A model generated the notes under the pieces. That model was not told the DNA's origin. It saw only the letters and a list, made by a program, of their open reading frames with translations, and ran no database searches. From Candidatus Marinacidobacterales bacterium (GTDB taxonomy: Bacteria > Acidobacteriota > Vicinamibacteria > Marinacidobacterales > DATDRI01), in NCBI GenBank assembly GCA_965219415.1, contig CBDCNP010000002.1, forward strand, positions 4,800,001 through 4,864,000: a DNA stretch of 64,000 nucleotides, written 5' to 3'. Positions 46,074-55,718 of this stretch are shown in pieces (positions within the stretch are counted from its first letter, which is position 1; each line of letters begins with the position of its first letter). The position numbers and the translations under genes are program-made.

Positions 46074-46643
46074 GTCCGCCAACATAGAACCTAGCGCCAA
46101 CGCGAAGGCGCGCGGGCGGTAAATGTAGGACGTGTGGTCGTACTCGGGGGGCATCATCGCTTTCAGGTCACGCCATTCCTCATCGCTGGTCGGCTCAATT
46201 GCAGTGCAGTAGATCCAACCGCGGTTTCGAAGGTTAATTGTGGTGGTTGTCTTCTGACGGCGCGTTCGGCTGACGTGCATGCCATCCGCGGTGACTCTAC
46301 TCCGCGAGTCCACAAGTTCTGCTGCGCGGTTCACCTCGGCGGCTCGCAGCTGGGCGAGGCCCTCTGGTTCGTCGATATCGTCGACGTGCTCCGTTGATTG
46401 CTGGGCGCGCGTCTCATTGGGATCCCGGCTGCGACGAAAGAGCTCCGGTTTGGAGATCCGGATGGTCCGCAGACACCCAGGCGCGAACTGAGACTCTCCA
46501 AGTTTGACCAGCGTCGAAACGGGATATCGATCCCTTGGTTCGCGAAAGTCCACTTGTTTACTCATGAGCATTCGATCTGCATCATCAAGCCAGTTCCCTT
46601 CGCCAACGATCAACGGGCGTTCACTTGGCATCTGCAACTCCAA
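46074..46643 (-). pseudogene. Hypothetical protein, 3'-truncated
   Basis: ORF reads into the element end (PSCAKTRPF tail). Confidence 0.45.
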
Positions 46644-46675
46644 GCCAATATATCAATTTGGTGTGAAATCAGTGT

Positions 46676-46818
46676 TGTGCCTTCTATTTATTCATCCGCC
46701 AGCCCCATGGGTCGGAAGTCAGCCCTGCGGCGCGAAATAGCCTGGATTCTGCGCCTATTCCAACGGCGTCTAAGCTGCTGATTTGTGGCCTATTTCAAAA
46801 GGGCCGAGTTTTGGCACA
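46676..46818. mobile_element. 142-bp MITE copy
   Basis: Same sequence as 41751-41892 in the opposite orientation. Confidence 0.85.
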
Positions 46819-46908
46819 AGGACGGGCACCGTTCTTTTTCCACGGTAGTCGAGACGCATCCAGGTGGTACAATTTGAACGACCAGGTGGTACAATTTGAA
46901 CGAGAAGA

Positions 46909-47745
46909 ATGACTGACGAGCGCCAAATTCCCAGCGACAAAGACTTGTATTGGCCAACCCTCAAAGCATTGAAAGACCGGGGTGGTTCCGCCTCTATCCA
47001 GGAGCTTTCGGAGCAGGTGGCTACCGATCTGGCGCTACCCGACAAGCTTTTAGACGTCCCGCACAAAGATGGCCCACAATCCGAAGTCGATTATCGTGCT
47101 GCATGGGTGCGAACTAATCTGCGGTTTGCCGGCGCCATCGACAATACGTCACGTGGCATTTGGACGATCACAGACGTTGGCCGAAGGATTCAGACGGAGC
47201 AGGAAATGCATGATCTAGTCCGTCTGGGACGCGCGAAACAGAACAAGGCGAGGCGATCGCGGAACGCAGATGATGTGACAGATGAGCAGGATTGGAAAAA
47301 AGCCCTTTTGAGCATTGTTCGACGCGTGGAGCCTGCCGCCTTTGAACGTCTTTGCCAGCGCGTCCTTCGGGAATCAGGATTTACGAAGGTGGAAGTAATG
47401 GGCCGCTCTGGCGACGGTGGCATCGACGGCTCCGGCGTGTTGCGGGTCAACCTCATCTCCTTTCATGTTCGCTTTCAGTGCAAGCGGTACAGGGGTTCGG
47501 TCAGTGCGTCTGCGATCCGGGACTTCAGGGGAGCGATGGTCGGTCGCGCAGACAAGGGGTTGTTCATCACCACAGGAGGGTTTACCCAGGATGCAAAGCG
47601 AGAAGCCGTGAGGGACGGAGCACCGGCTATCGATCTGATCGACGGTATTGATCTTTGCATCCTGCTGAGGAAGCTCGGATTGGGCATCAGCACTGAGACC
47701 GTTGAAGTTGTCAAGCCTAGGCAGGATTTCTTCGACAGCCTTTGA
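46909..47745 (+). CDS. mrr: Mrr type IV restriction endonuclease
   Basis: Mrr_N (PTLKALK...YRAAWVRTNL...SRGIWTITD) and catalytic FERLC...GDGGIDG...QCKRY...IRDFRG. Confidence 0.93.
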   Translation: MTDERQIPSDKDLYWPTLKALKDRGGSASIQELSEQVATDLALPDKLLDVPHKDGPQSEVDYRAAWVRTNLRFAGAIDNTSRGIWTITDVGRRIQTEQEMHDLVRLGRAKQNKARRSRNADDVTDEQDWKKALLSIVRRVEPAAFERLCQRVLRESGFTKVEVMGRSGDGGIDGSGVLRVNLISFHVRFQCKRYRGSVSASAIRDFRGAMVGRADKGLFITTGGFTQDAKREAVRDGAPAIDLIDGIDLCILLRKLGLGISTETVEVVKPRQDFFDSL

Positions 47746-47929
47746 GACGGCATTGTCAAGTTGAGGCTGACGGCTGTTTCTGATGCCCAGAATGGTGGGT
47801 TTACGACGGGCTCAAGTCCAGTATCTTGGGTGTCGGTCAGCTAGCTTCTTGTCAACTTGACAGTACCAGCCAAAGAGTTCGTCGAAGACTATGAGTATCG
47901 ACGTCTGCTATGGGGAAGAAGACTTGGCT

Positions 47930-48175
47930 CAACCTCCTCGCCTTGAGCCTGGAGCTGATTTCGAAGAACTCGATTCTCGGCCACAAGATACTCGTTGCGT
48001 AGGAGCAACTCCTCATCCACGGACCCTGAGATGTAGCTCAGCATGCCCTTCCAGTCCATCGCGACTCCTTCCGCTGAACTGGAATACGTATCCGACCGCG
48101 ATAGCGGATTCAAGCGGCCTTGTGGAAGGTGCAAAGTGCTGACCCGCTGCGCGTTCGAGTATTTTGACCACACGG
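47930..48175 (-). mobile_element. Left-end fragment of the MDWK-type rve element
   Basis: Matches 50089-50320. Confidence 0.8.
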
Positions 48176-48698
48176 GCATGCCCCAGGCCCCCAAGACTCG
48201 GGCCAGACCATACGGCGTTCCGGTGGAGGGCGACTTGGTCCGGCTCATCTGTTCGACCTCCACCGTAGAAAAGGCTTCTCATCCTCCAGCTGCCGGATGC
48301 GTTCCTTCAACAGCTCGTTGTCCATCACCAGACCGGTCACTGCGGACTTCAGCGTCTTCTTCTCCTCGTCCGCTACCTCCCTCGTCCGGCTCTTCAGCCC
48401 GTCCTCGCCTCCTTGCAGAAACGCATCGCGCCAACTCGTCAGTGTCGCCGCCGTCACCGCGTACTTCCGGCTCGTCGCCTCCAGCTCGACGCCACGCATT
48501 AGCTCTAGCACCACCGTTACCTTCCGCCGGGCCGACCAACGGACCTTCCCGCGTCGCGCTGCATCCGGGGCCGCTTCGGTCGCCCTACGGGCTCCCTGCG
48601 CCGCCCCCGATTCTGTATTTCTTCCTCTGGACATCGTGATCCTCCTGTTCGGTATTCTCTCAAATCACTGTCCAAAGAAATCGTGGGGCGGGGGAACG
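48176..48698 (-). mobile_element. IS3-family left part (orfA 48245-48634 and start of orfB)
   Basis: orfA RWSARRKVTVVLEL...ATLTSWRDAF...DNELLKE; overlaps the sequence of 59081-59390. Confidence 0.82.
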
Positions 48699-48948
48699 AG
48701 CGCTATTTTAGCTGTAACTTAATGCACCGTAAAGTCTTAGCGTAATCTCACCAACACTTGATGGCGGAAGCACCCATAGGGTTCAGACCAAGTCGAGCAG
48801 TCTTGGTGTCTGAAATCCCAGACTCTGGGCACCTGGAGTAAACTGCACATGGTCCTAGGCTAACTTAGTTCGTGGGAGCGGGTTAGTGGCCGCTGCGGAC
48901 AAGTCACTACGCGCGTTAGACAAAAAAGCACGCTCCCGGGTGGTTAAG

Positions 48949-49857
48949 ATGATTTCAAGAAAGGCGGCAAGAGCTATTGCTGGGGTTTACGAAAGAACAT
49001 TTCGTAAACTTCATTACCGGGAGTTCGGCCCTCAATACTACACAATCGACACGTTGCGGCTTTATGACTTCCTATTCGATAATAATTGTCCCGCTTACTT
49101 CTGCAATGCAGCCAAGAAGACCTACGAAGTGACTAGAACACGGAGATTCAAGGAGTTCTTGATGACGCTTCATACGGGCGAGAGCCTCGTCGCGACAACT
49201 CCTAATTGGTCATGGCGAGAGCGTGAGAAGCTCGGACAGAGATATTTGCATGATCTTGCAGAAGACATCCTAGGCTACTGGAACACGAAGAACACAAGGC
49301 ACTCTGACAAGAGTACGTTAGACGCCGTCGCGAAGTTGCGCAAGCAATTGGAACTCGAGGGTTACCGCTTCGAATCTGGCCGCTTGCTTGAATCTGAAAA
49401 CGGTGTCCTCGAAGCTAAGGAGGAAACTGGTGTAATCCACACCTTGTACGAAGAGTTATCATTGGCAAACCAGAAAACTACTTTCCATCATTTGGACCTT
49501 ACTGAATCACATTACGTTGCAAACAGGTGGGACGATTCGATATCGAATTCCAGAAAGTTTTTGGAATCCGTCTTACGTGAATTGGCCGTTGCTCACAGCT
49601 CGCGTTGCAGGGGCGAAGCTCTGCCCGATAGTATTCGCAACAGACCGGTTCGAGTTCGCGATTACCTTGAACAAGAGGGTCTTCTGGAGTCAAAAGAAAA
49701 GGCCGCCGTAGCATCTGTCTATGGACTCCTTAGTGAAACGGGTGGACACCCCTACATGGCCCAGTCAGAACAGGCACGACTACTCCGACATCTCGCCCTA
49801 ACTTTTTCGCAGTTCGTAATGTTGAGGTTCAAGGGCAAGCTTAGCAGTTCCACCTAA
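48949..49857 (+). CDS. Hypothetical protein with Abi_C/HEPN-like C-terminus
   Basis: Lower-GC ORF; WDDSISNSRKFLESVLREL...YGLLSETGGHP helical C-domain. Confidence 0.65.
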   Translation: MISRKAARAIAGVYERTFRKLHYREFGPQYYTIDTLRLYDFLFDNNCPAYFCNAAKKTYEVTRTRRFKEFLMTLHTGESLVATTPNWSWREREKLGQRYLHDLAEDILGYWNTKNTRHSDKSTLDAVAKLRKQLELEGYRFESGRLLESENGVLEAKEETGVIHTLYEELSLANQKTTFHHLDLTESHYVANRWDDSISNSRKFLESVLRELAVAHSSRCRGEALPDSIRNRPVRVRDYLEQEGLLESKEKAAVASVYGLLSETGGHPYMAQSEQARLLRHLALTFSQFVMLRFKGKLSSST

Positions 49858-49860
49858 CAG

Positions 49861-50080
49861 GGTGCTTCCGCAATTAAGTGTTGGCGGCCAGCCCCTAACC
49901 CGTCTGCGTGCTAGAGTTTGAACCAGAATTCTGAAGACACAGTTCTCTCATCGTCAGGGCCGAGCCGAAGTGAAGAATCGCAGATGTCTCAATCCCGCAT
50001 GTCCGTCGTATGGAAAAGTCGGTTCCAGAAGTATTATTCACAACGGATTCTACAGAACGAGGTCCGGGAAACGCCGTCGA
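49861..50080 (+). mobile_element. IS1-family left-end fragment
   Basis: Matches 32837-33057. Confidence 0.8.
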
Positions 50081-50088
50081 TGGTGCTT

Positions 50089-51289
50089 CCCGTCTGGTCA
50101 AAATACTCGAACGCCCAGCGGGTCAGCAGTTTGCACCTTTCCAAAGGCCGCTTGAATCCGCCATCGCTGTCGGATACGTATTCCAGTTCAGCGGAAGGAG
50201 TTGCGATGGACTGGAAGACCATGCTGAGCTACATCTCAGGATCCGTGGATGAGGAATTGCTCCTGCGCAACGAGTATCTTGTGGCTGAGAATCGAGTTCT
50301 TCGAAATCATCTCCAGGGTCGCTTGCGCCTGACCGATGGCGAACGGCGGTCTCTGGCCGAGCTCGGAAAGCGTCTGGGTAAGCAAGCCCTTGATGAGATC
50401 GCGAGTATCGTGAACCCCGACACGATCTTAGGTTGGCACCGGAGGCTTGTCGCGAAGAAGTTCGACAGCTCCGAGAACCGTCCGTATCCAGGGCGACCGC
50501 GGATCGACGCCGACATCGAAGAGCTGGTAGTGCGTCTCGCCAAGGAGAACAAGTCCTGGGGTTACGACCGGATTGCAGGGGCGCTAGCCAACGTTGGGCA
50601 TGAAGTGGCCGACCAAACCGTCGGTAACATTCTGAAACGCCACGGCATTCCGCTCGCACCAGAGCGTCGGAAGAACACGACGTGGAGGGAATTCATCCGC
50701 TCGCACATGGACGTGCTCGCGGCGACAGATTTCTTCACCACGGAAGTGTGGACTCAGGGCGGGTTGGTGACGTACTACGTTCTGTTCTTCATGCACCTGG
50801 CTACCCGTCGAGTCCACGTCGCCGGCATCACGCCGCATCCGAACGAACAGTGGATGACTCAAGTGGCTCGCAACGTGACCATGGCAGATGTCGGCTTTCT
50901 GTCATCGAGCCGATACCTCATTCACGACCGGGACTCGAAGTTCTGCGAGTCGTTCCACCGGACCATCGAGGCGGTTGGCGTCGCGCCCGTCAAGCTGCCC
51001 GCACGGAGCCCGGATTTGAACTCGTTCGCGGAGCGCTGGGTGAAGTCAGTCAAAGAGGAATGTCTCTCGAAGCTCATCCTGTTCGGCGAGAAGTCGCTCC
51101 GTCATGCGCTTAGGGAGTACGTCGTCTACTATCATCATAAGAGGAATCATCAAGGCAAGGAGAATCTGCTGCTGTTCCCAGCCAGCGACCAGTTACCTCA
51201 GTCCGAGCGCAAGGTGCGCTCCCGTGAATGGCCTGGCGGGTTACTACGTTTCTACCATCGGGAAGCCGCATGAGTATTTTGACCTCACG
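50089..51289 (+). mobile_element. Complete rve/DDE element (CCCGTCTGGTCAAAATACTC / GAGTATTTTGACCTCACG ends)
   Basis: Imperfect TIR; transposase stop lies inside the right end. Confidence 0.85.
50206..51273 (+). CDS. Integrase-core (rve) DDE transposase
   Basis: MDWKTMLSY start after AAGGAG; ENKSWGYDRIAGAL, ATDFFTTEV, YLIHDRD and NSFAERWV motifs. Confidence 0.92.
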   Translation: MDWKTMLSYISGSVDEELLLRNEYLVAENRVLRNHLQGRLRLTDGERRSLAELGKRLGKQALDEIASIVNPDTILGWHRRLVAKKFDSSENRPYPGRPRIDADIEELVVRLAKENKSWGYDRIAGALANVGHEVADQTVGNILKRHGIPLAPERRKNTTWREFIRSHMDVLAATDFFTTEVWTQGGLVTYYVLFFMHLATRRVHVAGITPHPNEQWMTQVARNVTMADVGFLSSSRYLIHDRDSKFCESFHRTIEAVGVAPVKLPARSPDLNSFAERWVKSVKEECLSKLILFGEKSLRHALREYVVYYHHKRNHQGKENLLLFPASDQLPQSERKVRSREWPGGLLRFYHREAA

Positions 51290-52299
51290 CGTTCGCCAAC
51301 GGACCCAACACCGGCCGTTCGTCCCGCTGGAAGCGGTCGACGGGACGCTCCCCGGTCGTACCGTGGCGTCGCCGGTTCGCCCGGTCCTCCAACCAGCGCA
51401 TCGCCTGCGCATTCAGGTCCTCGTCGTTGGCGAAGGCCCGGCCGTAGAAGAAACTGTCCCGAACGTAGCGGATCGGCCGCTCCACCTTCCCCTTGGTCCG
51501 CGCCCGCCCGGAATCCCCAGTGCGCCGCGAAACGCAGAAACTCCGCGTTCACCACCAACTCGCCGCCGCCGGCCCGCCCATCCGACACCACCACCGCGCG
51601 CATCTGGTCGAACAACAACTCCTCGGGAACGCCGCCGAATCTCTGAAACGCGCTCTCCAGTCCCTCAAGCAACACCGCCATCGTCTGCCGAGGAAAGAAC
51701 CGCAGCCACAACAGCCGCGAGTAGCTCAGCACCACCAGCAGCGCATAACGTCGGCCCCACGGCAGCCGGAACGTTCCGAAATCCACCTGGCCTTGTCGCC
51801 CCGCCGGCGTCTCGAACCGCACTACCGTCTCCACAGGCTCGCGCACCCGCACCGTGCGCACGTAGTCCCGCACCCGGCCGTAGCTTCCCCCGTAACCCGA
51901 CGCCTGCACCTCTTCGAAGAGCCGTTGCGCCGATAATCGGGGGAACTCCTCCAACCGCTCCCGGATGATCCCCTTGTAGGGGTCCAGCTTGTGCGTCACC
52001 GGCGCCCGCCGAGAATACCGCGTCGCCCCGGCCGATAGATCCCGGTCTAACTGACCCGTCTCAATCCATTCGTAAATCGTCCTACGACTCACACCGAACC
52101 GCCGCGACAGCTCCGTCTTCGATACCCCTTGGGCCAGACATTCCTTCAGCAACATCCGCGTCCCCCATCCGTGCATCCGCCCACGCTCCTTTCTGTCCGT
52201 CTCCCCAACAGATTGGAGCATCGTCCACAACCTCCCAAAATCCGGAAAGTGTGCAGTTTTCGGTTGCCATAAATGGGAAGTTTACAGTTGTCGCCAACA
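51290..52299 (-). pseudogene. istA: IS21-family left end and truncated istA
   Basis: TGTTGGCGACAACTGTAAA end; RFETPAGRQGQVDFG, GGVPEELLFDQM; internal deletion; no istB. Confidence 0.85.
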
Positions 52300-52457
52300 C
52301 CCTCGGTGGGCCCGTCGCCTGCCACCTGCAGCACAGGGGTCGGAAGCCAGCTATGCGCCGCGAAATACCCTGGATTCTGCGCGGATTCCAAGGGCGTCTA
52401 AGCTGCTGATTTGTGGTCTATTTCAAAAGGGCCGAGTTTTGGCACAGGACGTCGTAC

Positions 52458-52614
52458 GGTGCTTGCTGTTGGTGATGTGTACGCATCCCTTCGCAAAAAA
52501 GATGCTTACGCTCCATTTAGCGCGCAGCGAGGGTCACGAGCACTATTTTGGCTGTAATTTAATGCACTCTAAAGTCTTAGCGTCATCTCACCAACACTTA
52601 ATTGCGACAGCACC
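52458..52614. mobile_element. IS1-related MITE upstream of the four-gene operon
   Basis: GGTGCTTGC...CAGCACC; matches the MITE consensus with a short deletion. Confidence 0.82.
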
Positions 52615-52737
52615 CACCGAGGAGCCACTACAATCCAGCCATATCCCAACCGCTTTTTGTTCCTGGTTGTTCCATTTCTCTATAGACACACAAAAGTTAG
52701 TTTGATAGAGTATTTTGGGACAAGGAGGAACAACGTG

Positions 52738-55038
52738 ATGGTGGCGCAATACACGGCATCGAAGAGTTCGACGAAAGACGGCGCAGGATGGGTCTTAAGT
52801 TTTAGACACCCGCTGCGGAAAGACGCCCGCGGCAAGCAGGGCCGTAAGGTTCGCCGCGGGCTCAACACGTCCGATGAAACCCGGGCGCAGGTCCTGATCG
52901 ATCAGATGAACGCAATCCTCGGCGACGAGACGTGGCATAACGCGGCGAAGCGTCCAGAAGCGGAGCGGCGTTTCGATTCCATCGTCGTCCGTGCGTTCTA
53001 CGACGACATCGAATCGCCATCCACGAACTCATGGGAGGTCAGAGACCTTGCTTTCCCGCTACCGACCAGGGAAGACGGTTACGCCCAGGTGCTCATGGTT
53101 GGAACGACGGGCGCGGGGAAAACATCGCTACTGAGGCAACTTATCGGTTCCCACCCGGAACGCGACCGCTTTCCGTCCACGTCCGCGTCCAGAACCACCA
53201 TTGCCGACATCGAAGTCATTGCGTCCGACGATCCACAGTACAGGGCCGTGGTCACTTTCTTCCCCGAACAGACCGTCCACACGAATATCCATGAATGCGT
53301 CGCCGATGCCTGTACCGCACTGTGGGACTCAATACCCGACGACAAGCTCGCGGAAAGGCTGCTGACCCATCGTGACCTTCGCTTTCGCCTTGGATACGTC
53401 ATCGGGTCATGGAAACAGGTTTCTCCCTCGGAACCGCAGTCCGACGACGACGATTGGAGCTACGGTGAGACCGACAACCAGCCCCCGGAGCCTGCGCCCG
53501 AAGAAGACGGCCAGTTGCTGCCTACAGAGGTGGACATCGAAGAGATGCAGTCTCTTCTCCAGTCCTATCTTGACCGCATCAGAACGCTTGCCGACGATGT
53601 CAAGATTCAATTAGAGAACGAGCTGGACGTCGAGCTTGGCACCTTAAAAGGACTGGAAAAAGAAGCAGCCCAGGATCTGTTCGAAGACATTGTGCAGTCA
53701 CGTCCTGACTTCGATGAACTCGTCAATGACATCGTGGACGAGGTCAGGCTCCGTTTTGAGCAGATTGTCCTAGGTGAAGTCCGGACGCACACCAATGGCT
53801 GGCCGCTCTCCTGGAAGTACGAAAGCGCGGTCCGCAACGAATTCATTCGCGAAGTCCGACGGTTTTCCTCGAACTACGCCCGCGCGTTTGGCACTTTGCT
53901 GACACCGCTCGTCGATGGCATCCGCATTCGTGGGCCGTTCTTTCCGACATTTACCGATCACCGCGCTAGTCTCGTTCTAATCGACGGCGAGGGGCTAGGT
54001 CATGTTGGCGATCCCGCCGCAGGCGTTGCGTCCCGGATCGCACAGCGCTTTGCCGATGTGGATGTCATCCTGCTAGTCGATTCTGCAAAAAGTCCGATGA
54101 TGGAAGCGCCTGTTTCCGTTCTTCGCGCGGTCGCCGCCAGCGGCTACCAGAAGAAGCTGGCCTTCTCCTTTACGCATTTCGATCTTATGAAAGGGCAGGC
54201 GAATCTCCCAAACTTTCAGGCACAACGCGCGCACGTATTGTCCGCCGTTCGCCAGAAACTCATCGCCCTGCGTGAGATCGTCGGCCAGCCCGCCGTGCGG
54301 GCGATCGAGCGCGAACTAGATGAGCGTTGTTTCATGCCTGGGTTTCTCGACCGCCCTCTAACGGAGAGACAGCGCGGTCCGGTCCGCGAGATTCTGAAAT
54401 TGATCAAATTCTGTGAAGGTGCCATAACCCCCGCGGAAGAGACCGCTGTCTGCCCAGTCTATGATACGGCGGGGCTTGTCCTCGCGATCCAGGCCGCGGC
54501 CACAGAATTCCACGCCCGCTGGAATGCCATCCTTTTCACTGGCTCCAGCAATGTCTCCAAAGCTCATTGGACCCAAGTCAAGGCGCTCAACCGCCGTGTC
54601 GTTCTCGACATTGACGGGGGTGAGTATAAGAGCCTGAAGCCAGTTGCCGACCTTGTCGCGCGGCTGTCGGAGTCGATCACGAGGTTTCTTGACAAACCGA
54701 TCCGGTGGGAGCCGCAAATGCCTGCCATAGCAGAAGCTGATGAGGCACTCTTGCGCGTACAGCGGGCGGTTTTCTCCCAGCTTCACGCCTTCGTTGAAAC
54801 CAAACTCATTCGTGTGCCGCGCAGGGACTGGATGAGGGCATTCGATTACAGTGGGCCCGGGTCCACCTATGCCCGTGCGGATGTCATCCGCATGATTTGC
54901 GAGAGGTCCGCCCCCATACCGGGCCCTGCGCTCGATGCGCACTCAGAAGAGTTTCTCCGCGAAGTCAGAATTCTGCTTCACGAGGCGATCCACGAAGGCC
55001 ATGGCAAACTAGTCAGCGATGTTCTCGGTGAGGATTGA
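52738..55038 (+). CDS. Dynamin-like P-loop GTPase with basic N-terminal domain
   Basis: AGGAGG RBS; G1 GTTGAGKT, G2 SRTT, G3 LIDGEG, G4 FTHFD; long helical insert and helical C-terminus. Confidence 0.8.
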   Translation: MVAQYTASKSSTKDGAGWVLSFRHPLRKDARGKQGRKVRRGLNTSDETRAQVLIDQMNAILGDETWHNAAKRPEAERRFDSIVVRAFYDDIESPSTNSWEVRDLAFPLPTREDGYAQVLMVGTTGAGKTSLLRQLIGSHPERDRFPSTSASRTTIADIEVIASDDPQYRAVVTFFPEQTVHTNIHECVADACTALWDSIPDDKLAERLLTHRDLRFRLGYVIGSWKQVSPSEPQSDDDDWSYGETDNQPPEPAPEEDGQLLPTEVDIEEMQSLLQSYLDRIRTLADDVKIQLENELDVELGTLKGLEKEAAQDLFEDIVQSRPDFDELVNDIVDEVRLRFEQIVLGEVRTHTNGWPLSWKYESAVRNEFIREVRRFSSNYARAFGTLLTPLVDGIRIRGPFFPTFTDHRASLVLIDGEGLGHVGDPAAGVASRIAQRFADVDVILLVDSAKSPMMEAPVSVLRAVAASGYQKKLAFSFTHFDLMKGQANLPNFQAQRAHVLSAVRQKLIALREIVGQPAVRAIERELDERCFMPGFLDRPLTERQRGPVREILKLIKFCEGAITPAEETAVCPVYDTAGLVLAIQAAATEFHARWNAILFTGSSNVSKAHWTQVKALNRRVVLDIDGGEYKSLKPVADLVARLSESITRFLDKPIRWEPQMPAIAEADEALLRVQRAVFSQLHAFVETKLIRVPRRDWMRAFDYSGPGSTYARADVIRMICERSAPIPGPALDAHSEEFLREVRILLHEAIHEGHGKLVSDVLGED

Positions 55039-55118
55039 ACGGGCGCGAACCCACGGTATTAACACCGTGGCCGTTTCTCGCAAGTGGAAACGGATAGTGT
55101 ATCAAATTGACTGTAGAG

Positions 55119-55718
55119 ATGAGCAAACGCATTCTTGAAAAATGGGCTGACAGCCTTGTCACGGCAGGGCGTGAACCCGCCTGCGAAACCGTTGACGAGT
55201 TCGATCGGGTCCTCAGCGATGCAGCCGATGAGCGCCCCCTGCAAACTTTCCTCGCATCGTCTCCAGTACTTCTTGGCCCCCTGGCACCGACTGGCAGTAA
55301 CTATTGGTGTCTTGATCGGCCACGGCTTGGTGCTGAGCATGTACCTGACTTTCTCCTGGCGTCCATCACTTCTGTTGGATTCCGTTGGGTCATGATCGAG
55401 CTGGAGAACCCAAATGAGAAGGCGCTAACGAAGGCCGGTGTGCCCGCCAAGAAGCTCGCCGAAGCGCTCGGGCAGGTGCGGGACTGGCGCATATGGCTTA
55501 CGGACAATATTGCCTACGCGCGTGAGGGACTCGGGCTGAAGGACGTTGACGCCAACTGTATGGCATTTATCATCATCGGGCGACGTAGCAGTCTCGAACC
55601 GAAACAGATCAAGAAATACAGGGCGCTCTCAACTGATGCAGTCACGGTAATGTCTTACGACCGCCTCCACGATCATATAAAGAGTAGTGCCTGCAAGAGC
55701 GAGGTCCGGAATGGATAA
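55119..55718 (+). CDS. Shedu/DUF4263-like nuclease without N-terminal sensor domain
   Basis: ERPLQTFL...VPDFLL...IELENP...ALGQVRDWRIWL...IIIGRR...MSYDRL. Confidence 0.82.
   Translation: MSKRILEKWADSLVTAGREPACETVDEFDRVLSDAADERPLQTFLASSPVLLGPLAPTGSNYWCLDRPRLGAEHVPDFLLASITSVGFRWVMIELENPNEKALTKAGVPAKKLAEALGQVRDWRIWLTDNIAYAREGLGLKDVDANCMAFIIIGRRSSLEPKQIKKYRALSTDAVTVMSYDRLHDHIKSSACKSEVRNG

Noticed and set aside
46861-46900. 23-bp-period tandem duplication CAGGTGGTACAATTTGAACG upstream of mrr as a mini-CRISPR or iteron
   Set aside because: Only two adjacent copies with no spacer; most simply a local duplication
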